Assembly (NCBI GenBank): GCA_964526635.1
Contig: CAZGLR010000004.1
Span: 259 to 64,258, forward strand
Source of the DNA: an uncultured Ignavibacteriales bacterium
GTDB lineage: Bacteria; Zixibacteria; MSB-5A5; GN15; JAAZOE01
Reading direction: 5' to 3'
DNA: 64,000 bases
Of the stretch, positions 41,231-51,573 are shown one piece after another; position 1 is the first letter of the stretch, and each line of letters opens with the position of its first letter. Made by a program: the position numbers and the translations under genes. The notes beneath the pieces are model-generated. The model did not search any database and was not told the origin of the DNA. It saw nothing but the letters and a program-made list of their open reading frames with translations.

Positions 41231-42836
41231 TCAGTTCTAAAAGATGATGTCCATCATTGCCGTCGGGCAGATGTTCAAAGATGTGGTCGATGATCCCTTC
41301 GCCATAGCGAGACAGAAAATATACGGTCGCGACAGTCCGTTCCGCAAGAGACCGCTGCGGATAGAGAGTACGGTACAGCCGGTCCAGTCGGCTGGTCATT
41401 GTCTCATTTTTGCGCTTGAAGGCGGCAAATATTTTCTGCCGGAGATCGTTGTATTGATAATCTATCTTCCCGGCGATCTGCTGCAATGTTCGGGGCAGAT
41501 CATCATCGATTCCGCCTACCGGTGCTTCAAGCTTTGCCAGTTCGGTTTGCAAAGTTTTACCGATAACGTCGAGTTGTTTTTTGAGGTCACCGGGAAAGGC
41601 ATCGGCGGCCAGGCGAGTAATGACCGGCTGAATATCGGGGATAATGTCTTCGAAATTCAGGTCGTACGTATCGAGAAGCTTTTTGACTTTGTTTTCGACT
41701 ATTGTCACCGATGGGCGGGCGATGATTTTCGGCGGTACCGTGTTGAATACTTCGAACAATGGCATCATCTGGGCGAAATAGGCAATTTCGGCCGGGCCGC
41801 CGATGATGGCAGCAGTGGGAAAAACCGTTGATTGCAGAACCGGGCGCGTGAGGACGTCGGTGGAGAATGAAAACGGTTCCTTGCGGGTAATTTCCCGCAA
41901 CTGTTCACGGCTGTAGGAAGTCTCGTTGGCGAGAAAGCCATTGTTGTTGCAATGCACCGCAATTCGTTCGGGCAGATGCATAAACAGGTGAGCGGCCGTG
42001 TCAGACTTTTGAACCTGAATATGGTAGCCGTCGGCAGCAATCTTTTTTCCCTGTTTAGCGAGGTGCTTGCGGACCGCCTGACTTTCATTGATGAGTCTTT
42101 CGAAAAATGGTCCCGCCGCCTGTTTAAAGCCCTGATCATATGGTGAAAATACGACCAGTCCGAATCGGCCCAGCAAAGCAAGGAGGAATTTTGCAAACGC
42201 CTCGACCATATTTTCGCCGGACACATAAGCCTGGTGCAGCACCTCCGTGACCATCGCTTTGAAATCATTGTCCGGCAGACGTGATTCGAGTTTTTGCCGT
42301 TCACGGTCGATCGAGGTATCGAATTCGAGTGCCCCGACCGGCGGATAATGGCGATCGGCATCGACGTCAATGCGCAGTTCTGTAAGTTCGCCTTGTTGGT
42401 CGAAGAGATAGGCGTCCGAGATTTCTTCAAGATCGTGATCGTCAGCGGAAATCCAGAAAACCGGTACGGCCGGAACACCGTGTTTCGACTCGATCTCGCG
42501 CGCGGTTTTGATCGCTACCAGTGCTTTGAGAAGAATCATATATGGCCCACCAAAGAGCATCGCTTGCTGGCCGGTAAAGACACAGGCGGCGCGTTTGTCG
42601 ATCAGTTTGTCGATGGAGGAATGCACGCTATCCGGAGCCTGCCAATGTTTGTTCTGCTCATGGAGAATTGCCGTAATTATTTCCCGGTCAAATTCGTGGT
42701 TTTCCAACTGCGCGAGAACTGTCGAGATATCCTGATTGGGGTAATACGACACTGCCGGTATATTACCGAAAAGAAATCCACGGTATAAATCGGAATAACC
42801 GAGTAATTCAGGCCTGTCGATTTTATGCAAACTCAT
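41214..42836 (-). CDS. bshC: Bacillithiol biosynthesis cysteine-adding enzyme
   Basis: TGQQAMLFGGP, VPVFWISADDHDLEE, RPVLQ..FP...GGPAEIAYFAQ; 540 aa. Confidence 0.93.
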   Translation of the reverse strand: MSLHKIDRPELLGYSDLYRGFLFGNIPAVSYYPNQDISTVLAQLENHEFDREIITAILHEQNKHWQAPDSVHSSIDKLIDKRAACVFTGQQAMLFGGPYMILLKALVAIKTAREIESKHGVPAVPVFWISADDHDLEEISDAYLFDQQGELTELRIDVDADRHYPPVGALEFDTSIDRERQKLESRLPDNDFKAMVTEVLHQAYVSGENMVEAFAKFLLALLGRFGLVVFSPYDQGFKQAAGPFFERLINESQAVRKHLAKQGKKIAADGYHIQVQKSDTAAHLFMHLPERIAVHCNNNGFLANETSYSREQLREITRKEPFSFSTDVLTRPVLQSTVFPTAAIIGGPAEIAYFAQMMPLFEVFNTVPPKIIARPSVTIVENKVKKLLDTYDLNFEDIIPDIQPVITRLAADAFPGDLKKQLDVIGKTLQTELAKLEAPVGGIDDDLPRTLQQIAGKIDYQYNDLRQKIFAAFKRKNETMTSRLDRLYRTLYPQRSLAERTVATVYFLSRYGEGIIDHIFEHLPDGNDGHHLLELSDYHG

Positions 42837-42906
42837 CAGTGATGCCTGTTATAATTTCTTTCGAACACAATCAGCGTGTTGCTTGTAGTAACACAAATAA
42901 TTGCGA

Positions 42907-43875
42907 TCAGATCCACTTTTTTCGCTTGAAAAAGAAAAGTAAGCCGATCGTTACGGCGATCACAATCACCCAGAAGGCGGCGTAACCGTATTTCCAGTCA
43001 AGTTCCGGCATATACCGGAAATTCATGCCATACAGCCCAACCAAAAAAGTCGGCGGCATCAATATGGCGGTAAAGATAGTCAACACTTTGATAATTTCAT
43101 TGGTGCGCGTCGAGACCCCTGAGTAATAGACTTCCAGTGCCGAAATCAGGGTATCACGGAAGGTGTCGCTGGTTTCACTCACGCGGGCCATATGATCATA
43201 AATATCGCTGAGATAGACCATTGATTTCTCCGATACGAGATCATGATGCTCTCTCACCAGGCGCGAGAGCACCTCAAGCTGCGGGATGGCTATTCGCTTG
43301 AGGCGATGAATATCCCGCCGGAGGGTGAAAATAGTCTTGACTGTCTGCTCATCCGGTTCCTCGAAGACATCATCTTCGATAGCATCGACTTCGAACTCGA
43401 AAAGATCAAGCGCGATGGTATAGTTGTCAACGATAGCATCGAGAATAGCATGGAACAGGAAATCCGATCCCCGCGAAAGCAGGCGGTCGTCTTTGCGGGC
43501 TTTCATAAAGAGGCTGTCGAAAACCGGGTGATCGTCGAAGTGCACGGAGACGACGGCGTTTCTGGTGAGAAAGAGGTCAACCTCGCTGATTTTCAGGCCC
43601 GATTCGCGGCCCATATAATCGGCCAGTTGAAAGACGAGGAACATGTACTGGCCGTAATCATCGAGCTTCGGGCGCGGCATTTCGGAGATGACGTCTTCAA
43701 TCGACAGCGGGTGAAATTTGAAGTCGTGGGTGAGGATATACGATTCCTTGTCCGAGGGAGCGGTCATATCGACCCACATGATAGTATCCGGCTCGGCCAG
43801 GTACTTATCGAAATCGATAATACCCTCGTGGTACTCAGTGCCTTCCTGAGGACGCCAGAGAAATGTCCTGATCAT
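42907..43875 (-). CDS. corA: Magnesium/cobalt transporter CorA
   Basis: HPLSIED, GLYGMNF..MPEL signature, two C-terminal TM helices. Confidence 0.95.
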   Translation of the reverse strand: MIRTFLWRPQEGTEYHEGIIDFDKYLAEPDTIMWVDMTAPSDKESYILTHDFKFHPLSIEDVISEMPRPKLDDYGQYMFLVFQLADYMGRESGLKISEVDLFLTRNAVVSVHFDDHPVFDSLFMKARKDDRLLSRGSDFLFHAILDAIVDNYTIALDLFEFEVDAIEDDVFEEPDEQTVKTIFTLRRDIHRLKRIAIPQLEVLSRLVREHHDLVSEKSMVYLSDIYDHMARVSETSDTFRDTLISALEVYYSGVSTRTNEIIKVLTIFTAILMPPTFLVGLYGMNFRYMPELDWKYGYAAFWVIVIAVTIGLLFFFKRKKWI

Positions 43876-44927
43876 GTTCTCGTCTCCTCTTGATCAATCA
43901 GAACATCGTCTTCATCGGAGACCATCTTTTTGACTTCCTGCAACACTTCCTCATCCTCACCAAGCTGCAATATTGAGAAATTTTCCTTGAAGAGATGATA
44001 CCAGGACAATATCACAATCGGGAGCATATCAATCAAGTAAAGAACGACCGAAAACAGCACCGCTTCGGTTTTGCGTATCGCGAACAAATTCAGCCCGGCG
44101 ACAATAGCGAGCTGAAACGGCCCGACATTGCCGGGCGTAATCGGGATCATAATAGCCAGATGATTGATTATTAGAATAACCACCGCCGGCAGCAGTGGCA
44201 AATCAAAGCCAAAGACATGAAACAAGCTGTAAACAACACCGATTTCGGCTGCCCAGGTCAACAGGGTTATCCCCAGCACAAAGGCCAGCTTATCGGTGCG
44301 TTTGAGAACCGAAAGACCCTGATTGAATGAGCGGATCGTTTTTCGCACAGCCATATACACGCGAGCCGAACGCGGGCGGATGCGCCTGGAGGCAAAATCC
44401 TCAATTCGCTTCTGAAATGTAAGACTCAGGTAAAACAGGATAAAGATCGCCAGGGTGGCCGCCCCGATTATGTAGCTTACCGATTGATATTCGCTGGGAA
44501 AAACCCAGAGCATGGAGCTCAGCATCATCAGGATGATCAACCCGGTGCCATTGAGTACGACTTCGAGAAATATCGTGGAGAAGGCGAATGTTTTGGAGAA
44601 TTTACCCTGTTTGGAAAAAAGAATGACTCGCGCTGCCTGCCCGGTCAGGGCCGGGAGCATGATATTGATTAAAACCGATGTGGAGTACATGCTTAATGTC
44701 GGGAAAAAGCGGACTTTCCGTGCTTTACCGACAATTTTAACCCAGCGCCATGTTTTGAATACAATCATGAGCGTGGCCAGCAGGAAAGCCGGAATCAAAT
44801 AGACGAATTCCAGCTCTTTGGCCAGTTCGCCCATCCGCCTGAAGTTGAAATCATGGAACAGGAAAACCAGGATGGCTATGGCGACCAGCGCGCCCCAGAA
44901 CTGTTTTTTCTTAAAAATCGACGGCAT
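43872..44927 (-). CDS. Lysylphosphatidylglycerol-synthase TM / flippase-like (UPF0104) membrane protein
   Basis: Multi-TM; WRW, NIMLPA..G..AR, IPITPGNVG motifs. Confidence 0.8.
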   Translation of the reverse strand: MPSIFKKKQFWGALVAIAILVFLFHDFNFRRMGELAKELEFVYLIPAFLLATLMIVFKTWRWVKIVGKARKVRFFPTLSMYSTSVLINIMLPALTGQAARVILFSKQGKFSKTFAFSTIFLEVVLNGTGLIILMMLSSMLWVFPSEYQSVSYIIGAATLAIFILFYLSLTFQKRIEDFASRRIRPRSARVYMAVRKTIRSFNQGLSVLKRTDKLAFVLGITLLTWAAEIGVVYSLFHVFGFDLPLLPAVVILIINHLAIMIPITPGNVGPFQLAIVAGLNLFAIRKTEAVLFSVVLYLIDMLPIVILSWYHLFKENFSILQLGEDEEVLQEVKKMVSDEDDVLIDQEETRT

Positions 44928-44938
44928 ATCGGTTTATC

Positions 44939-44968
44939 AAAAAAATACCCGGCCGGGGGCCGGAGTAT
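44939..44968 (-). terminator. Intrinsic terminator after the Bat operon
   Basis: ATACTCCGGCC-CCC-GGCCGGGTAT followed by a run of T. Confidence 0.55.
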
Positions 44969-45041
44969 GGAAACCCATAAAAGGTATTGAAAAAGGCCAA
45001 TAGTGTCAAACAAAATACCCCTCGGGGCCGACCCTGCCTTT

Positions 45042-45800
45042 TTATATTTCGACGATGGATCTGGCTTCAATCCATCCCTTGAGACGGTTCTCAAAATTGA
45101 CCAGGTAATACCCGTCTTCGCGCCGCTCTATAGTAAAGGTCAACCCTGCATGGGCGGTGAACTGATCGTTGAAATCCGCCCCCGGACCATTTTTGACCTG
45201 TACCTGAAGCGCTGTTACCACGCCGGTTCGGGTAATGACTTCCTGATTCAGCTTAAACGCCACCAGGTGGGCGGAGATGACAAAAAGCGAAAGGACAACA
45301 ACAACCACCGGCGTTGACAGAGAAATCCATCGATAAACATACCGGGCAAGCACAAGCAACGCCGACAGAACATATAATATGGCGGCAAGGAAGGTTATCT
45401 CTCGCAAACTGAATGAACTGAAGAAATTATTGACATAATCGAGGAGAATTGTCTCCTCGGTCACTTCAATTTTGTCGATCGCGAACTGACGGGCAAAATC
45501 CAGATTGGTGCGGATATCATCGTCGCGCGGATCCAACTTCCGGGCCCGGATATAGTTGGCAATGGCCAGACCGAGCTGACCATCGCGAAAACAGGCATTA
45601 CCGAGATTGTAATACACTGCTGCCGATTCGCGACCGGCGGCCAGGATGGCGTTGTAATTTTCTATCGCCTGCTTATAGTTGCCATCGGAATACGCTCGAT
45701 TCCCCTGCTCGAAATAATGGTCGAGACCATTGGCGGCTACGGGAGCAACACCGAAAAGAATTAGCGCCAGCAGCAGGATACGCATCATGCTCACTCTCAT
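45042..45800 (-). CDS. batE: BatE-like TPR + TM + SH3-like protein
   Basis: Signal peptide, YYNLGNA TPR, two TM helices, C-terminal GP...GWI SH3-like domain; last gene of the bat cluster. Confidence 0.8.
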   Translation of the reverse strand: MRVSMMRILLLALILFGVAPVAANGLDHYFEQGNRAYSDGNYKQAIENYNAILAAGRESAAVYYNLGNACFRDGQLGLAIANYIRARKLDPRDDDIRTNLDFARQFAIDKIEVTEETILLDYVNNFFSSFSLREITFLAAILYVLSALLVLARYVYRWISLSTPVVVVVLSLFVISAHLVAFKLNQEVITRTGVVTALQVQVKNGPGADFNDQFTAHAGLTFTIERREDGYYLVNFENRLKGWIEARSIVEI

Positions 45801-47623
45801 TTCAGCACCCCCTCGAGCCGGACAACGACATCACGGGTCTGATCATAGAGATGCTGCCGCGCCTCTACCCCCGTATCGCCGCCGGCAAAACGACCGAAGT
45901 CGGCCTCGGTTAGGATGTCTTTCACAGAAATCCGCAGGTCCTCATCGACACTTCGGCGACTCAACTCATCGTCAATCATATCGCCGGTAAAGCCGTGGGG
46001 CGACATATTCAGTTTATCCGCGATGTAACCGGTCAGCACAGTGCTGATTTCAGCATAAAACGGCGTCGGATCAGCCCCGCGAATTAATCCCTCGGCAGTT
46101 TTCAGTCGCTTTCTGGCCAGAGCGTTGGCTTTTCTCAGGCGGGCGTAAGCGACATCACCCTCGAGTTTCCGACGGCGCCTGACATCCACCACTCCGCCCA
46201 AAAGTACCATCAGCGGCAGAGCAAGCATTGTCAGAAAGACCGGCGAAGTCAAAAGGATGCGGCCACGGGGATGAAAATCGACATCCTGTGTTTTTATAAA
46301 ACGGATATCAGTTTCTTTCAAATCGATCGTCTGGCCGGAAACCATATTGTACGGCACTTCATCGCCGGCCACCAGTTCGCCCTGTTTCACCGCAAAATCA
46401 ATCGATTTGGTTTCGACAGTGCGGTACCGTTTTGATCCCGGATCAAAATAATTCAGTTTGATCGGCGGCAGGGTGTGCGTGCCCGGAAGCCGCGGGATCA
46501 TCACGTATTCAAAGGTCTTGGTGCCGCCGATGACATCATCGATATGGCTCGTTTTAAAATCGGATGATGCCTTTTCGATACGGAAACCATCGAGTTCCGG
46601 CAGGATCGGTTCGGGAATCGACTTCACGTTTCCCTTGCCGGAAATTTTAATAGTCAGCGCAATCGCTTCATTGACCTGTATATCAGTATTATCGACATCG
46701 GCACTGATAGTATACGTACCGACCGCACCAGTGAAATCGTCAGGTTTGCCGTCTTTCGGCAGCGACCGTGCCATAACTGTTAACGGATCTGATTTGACTG
46801 TGATTCGCTCGCCCTGCATGAACATATCATCGAGCAACGAGAAGGGATCACGGCCCCGTTGACGGGTTCTTTTGGCAACGGCAGTCGTTACCTGGGCCGG
46901 CCCGATTTTCAATTCTCCCGGTTTGGTCGGGAATAAGGCTGTTCGGATTTCGGTCACCAGATAATCCCGCCCGGATATGGTTTCGTAATACTGCGTTTGC
47001 GGTGGCATATCCTGCACCCAGAAGCCGGGCATCGGCGGCGGTGTGTAGTTCGGTGAATCAAGCAGACGGACCGCCCGATAGAATTTGACCGTGAGTGTCA
47101 CCTGCTCATCGACGTAGGGCTGCTTTTTGTTAAATGATGCTGTCAGGAAGACATCTTCGCCACCGCCAGAAGATCGCGTTGATGGTGTCGCTTGTTGATT
47201 CGATGTCGCTCCGGAATTATTCTGGACGACCTTGATATGGAGCTCATTTGATTCATAACGCTTGCCGTTGAAAACGACCGTCGCCGCACGGATGGGCCAC
47301 TGCCCGACTTTTTTTGGCGACAGAAGATAATTATAGGACTGCGAATAGGTCACCTGGCCGTTGATAATCTGCAAATTAGTCGAACTGCCCGCGGGAGTGA
47401 CATCAAAGTACGGCAGCGGCGGAAGTTTCGGCTGTGGCAGTTGTTGCTGGCCGAGAGCAGATATGGTTATACCAAGAGTGGCCTGCTGATTGAGCGCAAT
47501 TGTCTCATGACTCAGTTTCATCTCGATGCTGATACTGTCCTGGGACCATGCGGCGCCGCCCACAAGGACACAGAAAACAACGAATATATATATCGACTCA
47601 AGAGCACGTCTCATGATTATCAC
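45797..47623 (-). CDS. batD: BatD-family protein
   Basis: Signal peptide, SSTNLQIING, ALFPTKPG, FTGAVG, YFDP..KRY, C-terminal TM. Confidence 0.88.
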   Translation of the reverse strand: MIIMRRALESIYIFVVFCVLVGGAAWSQDSISIEMKLSHETIALNQQATLGITISALGQQQLPQPKLPPLPYFDVTPAGSSTNLQIINGQVTYSQSYNYLLSPKKVGQWPIRAATVVFNGKRYESNELHIKVVQNNSGATSNQQATPSTRSSGGGEDVFLTASFNKKQPYVDEQVTLTVKFYRAVRLLDSPNYTPPPMPGFWVQDMPPQTQYYETISGRDYLVTEIRTALFPTKPGELKIGPAQVTTAVAKRTRQRGRDPFSLLDDMFMQGERITVKSDPLTVMARSLPKDGKPDDFTGAVGTYTISADVDNTDIQVNEAIALTIKISGKGNVKSIPEPILPELDGFRIEKASSDFKTSHIDDVIGGTKTFEYVMIPRLPGTHTLPPIKLNYFDPGSKRYRTVETKSIDFAVKQGELVAGDEVPYNMVSGQTIDLKETDIRFIKTQDVDFHPRGRILLTSPVFLTMLALPLMVLLGGVVDVRRRRKLEGDVAYARLRKANALARKRLKTAEGLIRGADPTPFYAEISTVLTGYIADKLNMSPHGFTGDMIDDELSRRSVDEDLRISVKDILTEADFGRFAGGDTGVEARQHLYDQTRDVVVRLEGVLK

Positions 47624-48414
47624 CAGTCATTTCCCCGGTAGCCGGATTCGATTATGACTTTGCGCTTCATAGTATTTTCCTGTTCCGCCTCTTCCAGCGC
47701 CCGCAGGATACGCTCGGCATCTTCCTTGCTCATCTCCTGCTGTGTCGTATCGGGTTGAGGCTGCGGTTGCTGCTGCTGTTCTTCCTCATCTTGCTCCTGT
47801 TGCTCTTGTTGCTGTTGCTGCTGCTGTTGTTGTTCCTCTTCCTGTTGTTCCTCTTCCTGCGGCTGTGGTTGCTCCTGCTCTTGTTCCTGCTCGCCCTGTT
47901 GCTGCTGCTCTTGTTCTTCCTGTTCCTGCTTTTCTTTTTCTTCCTGTTCCTGCTGTTGTTCGTCCTGATTTTGCTCCTGGTTCTCCATCTGTTCTTTCAG
48001 GCGATTCCGGGCCAGTTCAAGATTGTACTTGGCATCGAGATCATCGGGATTGATTTCAAGAGTCTTGCGATAGGAATTGATCGCGCTCATATAATCTTCA
48101 CGCTCGAAATGGGTATTGCCAAGATTATAATACGCCGCCGCCTGCAGGTCGGCATCGTCGGTGTTAAGTGCCTGTTCGAACTTGATGGCGGCGGTATCAT
48201 AATTTTCTGCCTTGAGCAGGGCGGTGCCCTGATTGAAGGCGATCTCCGGCGTTTGGGGGGCCTCTATTTCTGCCTGATTATAAAAGTCGAGCGCCTCCTT
48301 GAAGTCACCGTCGCGGAATTCCTTATTCCCCTTGCGCACCAGCGATTCGGGGTTCGCGAAAACCGCGCCGACCGTGATGACTATACTCACTATGGTTACA
48401 ACAACATATCTCAT
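47620..48414 (-). CDS. batC: BatC-like TPR protein with Gln/Glu-rich linker
   Basis: YYNLGN, DAKYNLELA, Q/E tract, MSKEDAERIL, terminal DW; start set at ATG 48414 overlapping the batB stop. Confidence 0.85.
   Translation of the reverse strand: MRYVVVTIVSIVITVGAVFANPESLVRKGNKEFRDGDFKEALDFYNQAEIEAPQTPEIAFNQGTALLKAENYDTAAIKFEQALNTDDADLQAAAYYNLGNTHFEREDYMSAINSYRKTLEINPDDLDAKYNLELARNRLKEQMENQEQNQDEQQQEQEEKEKQEQEEQEQQQQGEQEQEQEQPQPQEEEQQEEEQQQQQQQQQEQQEQDEEEQQQQPQPQPDTTQQEMSKEDAERILRALEEAEQENTMKRKVIIESGYRGNDW
47750..47985 (-). repeat. Low-complexity CAG/GAG/CAA/GAA coding tract (poly-Q/E) in batC
   Basis: Visible tgc/tgt/ttc triplet runs on the plus strand. Confidence 0.85.
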
Positions 48415-49448
48415 CGACGAATCCGTGGAATGTTTTTGCGTATCCGTTCGGGAATAAATACTTCCCAGACGATGAACAATAGCGCCAGTGACAACGGCCA
48501 CTGGAAGCGATCATCGTATTGCAGGGTCAGACGGCCCTCGAGTTCTTTCTTTTCCATCGACGATATCTCGCCGTAGATTTTTTCCAGTTCAAGTTCCGAG
48601 GGCGACGCCCGATAATACTTGCCACCAGTGTTCAGCGCGATTTTCTGCAATGTTCGCTGATCCAGTTTACTGACAATGATCTCGCCATCTTCATCCTTTT
48701 TGAATCCGACCCGTTCACCGCGCTGATTATAAATCGGAATCGGTTCGCCCTCGGGATTGCCGATCCCGATCGTGTAAATCTTGACACCCTCTTTGCGGGC
48801 GGCCTCGGCGGCCTCAATGGGATTGGTGCCATGATCCTCACCATCGGTCAGCAAAATGACGACTTTATGTTTGCGCTCCTGCCGATTAAATGCCTCGGTG
48901 GCGGCCTGAATGGCATTACCCAGCGCCGTACCCGGAACCGAGATGATATCGGGATCGAGAGCGTCGAGAAAAAGCCGGGCCGCCGAATAATCGACCGTCA
49001 GCGGACAATGCACAAACGCTTCCCCGGCAAATCCGACCAGGCCGATACGGTCACCCTGAAGCCAGGAGGGATCAATGATGCGCCGTATCTGCTGCTTGGC
49101 TTTATCGAGACGCGAAATCGGCCCCGGCACAACATCGCGGGCCTCCATCGATTTGGACAGATCAAGGGCAATAACGATATCGATCCCCTCGCGCTTGACC
49201 ATCTCCATATGCGTCCCCAACTGCGGCTTGGCCGCCGCCACTGACAAAAAGAGAATCGCGATCAGGAGGAGGAGAATCTTGGTCGTTTTGCGCTTAAACG
49301 ATAACCCGGCGGCCGCCCGCATAACCAGCGGCAGATCGCCAAAACGGGCCAGAATCTTTTTCCGGTTTTCTATCGACCACCAGAAAAACAGGCCGATGAT
49401 CGGAATCAGCGCTATCCCAAGCAAATATATCGGTTCATAAAAACGCAT
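48411..49448 (-). CDS. batB: BatB VWA-domain protein
   Basis: MIDAS DLSKSM, PLTVDY, LLTDGED; N- and C-terminal TM. Confidence 0.88.
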   Translation of the reverse strand: MRFYEPIYLLGIALIPIIGLFFWWSIENRKKILARFGDLPLVMRAAAGLSFKRKTTKILLLLIAILFLSVAAAKPQLGTHMEMVKREGIDIVIALDLSKSMEARDVVPGPISRLDKAKQQIRRIIDPSWLQGDRIGLVGFAGEAFVHCPLTVDYSAARLFLDALDPDIISVPGTALGNAIQAATEAFNRQERKHKVVILLTDGEDHGTNPIEAAEAARKEGVKIYTIGIGNPEGEPIPIYNQRGERVGFKKDEDGEIIVSKLDQRTLQKIALNTGGKYYRASPSELELEKIYGEISSMEKKELEGRLTLQYDDRFQWPLSLALLFIVWEVFIPERIRKNIPRIRR

Positions 49449-49468
49449 GGATCGTCACAAGTCCTCAT

Positions 49469-50500
49469 TCAGGGAATTTTCCGCAGCCAGGTCTGCCCCA
49501 AAAATATCTCGGCAATCAAAAGAGCAAAACCTGCCAAAAGCCATTCGAAAAACAATTCCCTATACTGTATATACTCATTAATCTCTATCTTTGTTTTCTC
49601 GAGCCGGTCAATTTCTTCATAGATCTTATTCAGCTCTTCCCCCGACCGCGCCCGGAAGTACATTCCCCCGGTGACATCGGCGATTTTCTGCAGGGTTTCT
49701 TCATCGATTTCGCTGGGCACATAGACATAACGCTTGCCGAAAATAGGATCATCGACCGGCATCATGACATTGCCGGTTTTGCCGACGCCAATCGTATAGA
49801 CTTTGATGCCCATTGTTTCCGCAATATTGGCCGCAGTGACCGGATCGATTTCCCAAACATTGTTGACACCATCGGTAAGGAGAACGATAACCTTGGATTT
49901 GGCCTCAGAGTTTTTCAGACGGTTGACCGATGATGCCACTGCCAGTCCAATCGCGGTGCCATCTTCGATCTGCCCGAAATTAACCTGGGCTAAAAAATCC
50001 CTAAGGATACCATAGTCAAGTGTCAACGGGCACTGAGTAAATGCCGCCCGGGCAAACACCACCAGGCCGATTCGATCGTTGGTGCGGCGCTGAATGAAAC
50101 TTTCGATTTCTTCCTTGGCGACATAAAGTCGGTTATGCGGCTTGAAATCTTCGGCTTTCATCGAGCTGGAGATATCAAGGGCCAGGACGATATCGATACC
50201 CTCGGCCGTGATATCACGCTGCTGACTGCCGGCTTGCGGACGGGCCATGGCGACGAATAAAAACGCGACCGCCAGTATCCGCAGAATCGACAACAACGGC
50301 CGCAAACGCTGCCGCAACGATCGGGAGCGAGTTTTAACCAGCGAGATATCGCTGTAGCGAACCGATGCGGTCGTCTTCGGCTGCCGGGCGATAGCATACC
50401 AGATCATCAGGGCGACCACGATCGCACCGACCAATAGAATCAACCAGCCCGGCACGTGCAGGAAGATCATATCCCAACCTTCGAATTTGAGGATGTTCAC
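49469..50500 (-). CDS. batA: BatA VWA-domain protein
   Basis: MARPQ, DISSSM..EDF.P.NRL, TQCPLTLD, DGTAIG, LLTDGVNN, IDRLEK. Confidence 0.9.
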   Translation of the reverse strand: MNILKFEGWDMIFLHVPGWLILLVGAIVVALMIWYAIARQPKTTASVRYSDISLVKTRSRSLRQRLRPLLSILRILAVAFLFVAMARPQAGSQQRDITAEGIDIVLALDISSSMKAEDFKPHNRLYVAKEEIESFIQRRTNDRIGLVVFARAAFTQCPLTLDYGILRDFLAQVNFGQIEDGTAIGLAVASSVNRLKNSEAKSKVIVLLTDGVNNVWEIDPVTAANIAETMGIKVYTIGVGKTGNVMMPVDDPIFGKRYVYVPSEIDEETLQKIADVTGGMYFRARSGEELNKIYEEIDRLEKTKIEINEYIQYRELFFEWLLAGFALLIAEIFLGQTWLRKIP

Positions 50501-51573
50501 GAGCGGTCATCCTCCTTTCTGGTATCGAAATATTCCTGCAATTCCGGCGGCGCAAAACGGAGATCATCGGTACGCCCGGAGCTATTGGTGGAAGTTGATG
50601 ATGACATGGCCAGCTGCTGCGTTATCTCCTCGCGCAACGGCATCAGAGTATACTCGCGAGTCGTATCTACCAGTTCATACGCCTGAGTCCAGTCGGCCTC
50701 GGGCTGATTTGGCTCCGGCTTTTGTTTGGCGAATTTGATCAAATCGGCCCCGGACAGAAAGCTGATGATGGCATCACGATGACCCTTATCGAAATCGACG
50801 TCATTGAAGTACTCATCGATTTCTTCAGTAGTCAGATCGATGGCATTGAAGCCGAACTTACGGCCAAGATATTTCCGGAATATCTCCGTCAATTCGAAAT
50901 AGAACAGCTTGGTCTCGCCCTTTTCCGGCAAATTCTTTTGTTTGAGCATAGCCAGGTCTGAATACGCGATCTCCCAGGGCGGGCGGGTGTCTTTTTCTTC
51001 GGCTTCTTTCTTGTGGCGATGCCGCAGCCATCCGATAATCGCGGCGGCAATCAGTATCGCCAGCAAGGCTCCAATTATGATAGCGTTCCGGCGACTTTCT
51101 CCACCGAGTGATACCGGCGGGCGCTCGGGACGCAGATTTACATTCAGCGAATCGGCATCGGGACCGAGCATTGATTTGACCGTTATCGTAATCGGAGAGG
51201 CATTGATTACTTTCGCGACGGAATCGGCACCGACGTACTCGATCGGCAGCGGCGGGATTTTATACTCGCCGGTCGTAAATGTGCGAATTTTGAATTCCAA
51301 AGTCTGCCGCATCCGTCCGCCGGATATCTTCTTTTCTTCGCCGACATGGTAATCTTTGACATCAAAGTAGCCCAGGTTAGCCCCGACCAGCGGCGGCGTG
51401 ACATCGAGGGAACTATCGCGCTCGATCGTGACCATATAGGTGATAACATCACCGATATAAACCGTTTGGCGATCAACCGCTTCGGTGACAATTATTTGAT
51501 CCTGACCGACAATCGCTGCCACCAGGAGCATCATCAATACAACCGTTATAATATGTATCCGACTCACCCGCAC
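50497..51573 (-). CDS. Bat-locus single-pass membrane protein (BatD-like Ig domain)
   Basis: Signal peptide, beta-rich domain, TM, then Y..LTEI.R.YL, LTTEE, ADLIKFAK; position before batA matches the usual locus. Confidence 0.75.
   Translation of the reverse strand: MRVSRIHIITVVLMMLLVAAIVGQDQIIVTEAVDRQTVYIGDVITYMVTIERDSSLDVTPPLVGANLGYFDVKDYHVGEEKKISGGRMRQTLEFKIRTFTTGEYKIPPLPIEYVGADSVAKVINASPITITVKSMLGPDADSLNVNLRPERPPVSLGGESRRNAIIIGALLAILIAAAIIGWLRHRHKKEAEEKDTRPPWEIAYSDLAMLKQKNLPEKGETKLFYFELTEIFRKYLGRKFGFNAIDLTTEEIDEYFNDVDFDKGHRDAIISFLSGADLIKFAKQKPEPNQPEADWTQAYELVDTTREYTLMPLREEITQQLAMSSSTSTNSSGRTDDLRFAPPELQEYFDTRKEDDRS

Noticed and set aside
47755-48576. Poly-Leu plus-strand ORF resembling a membrane protein
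   Set aside because: It is the reverse complement of the Q/E tract of batC.
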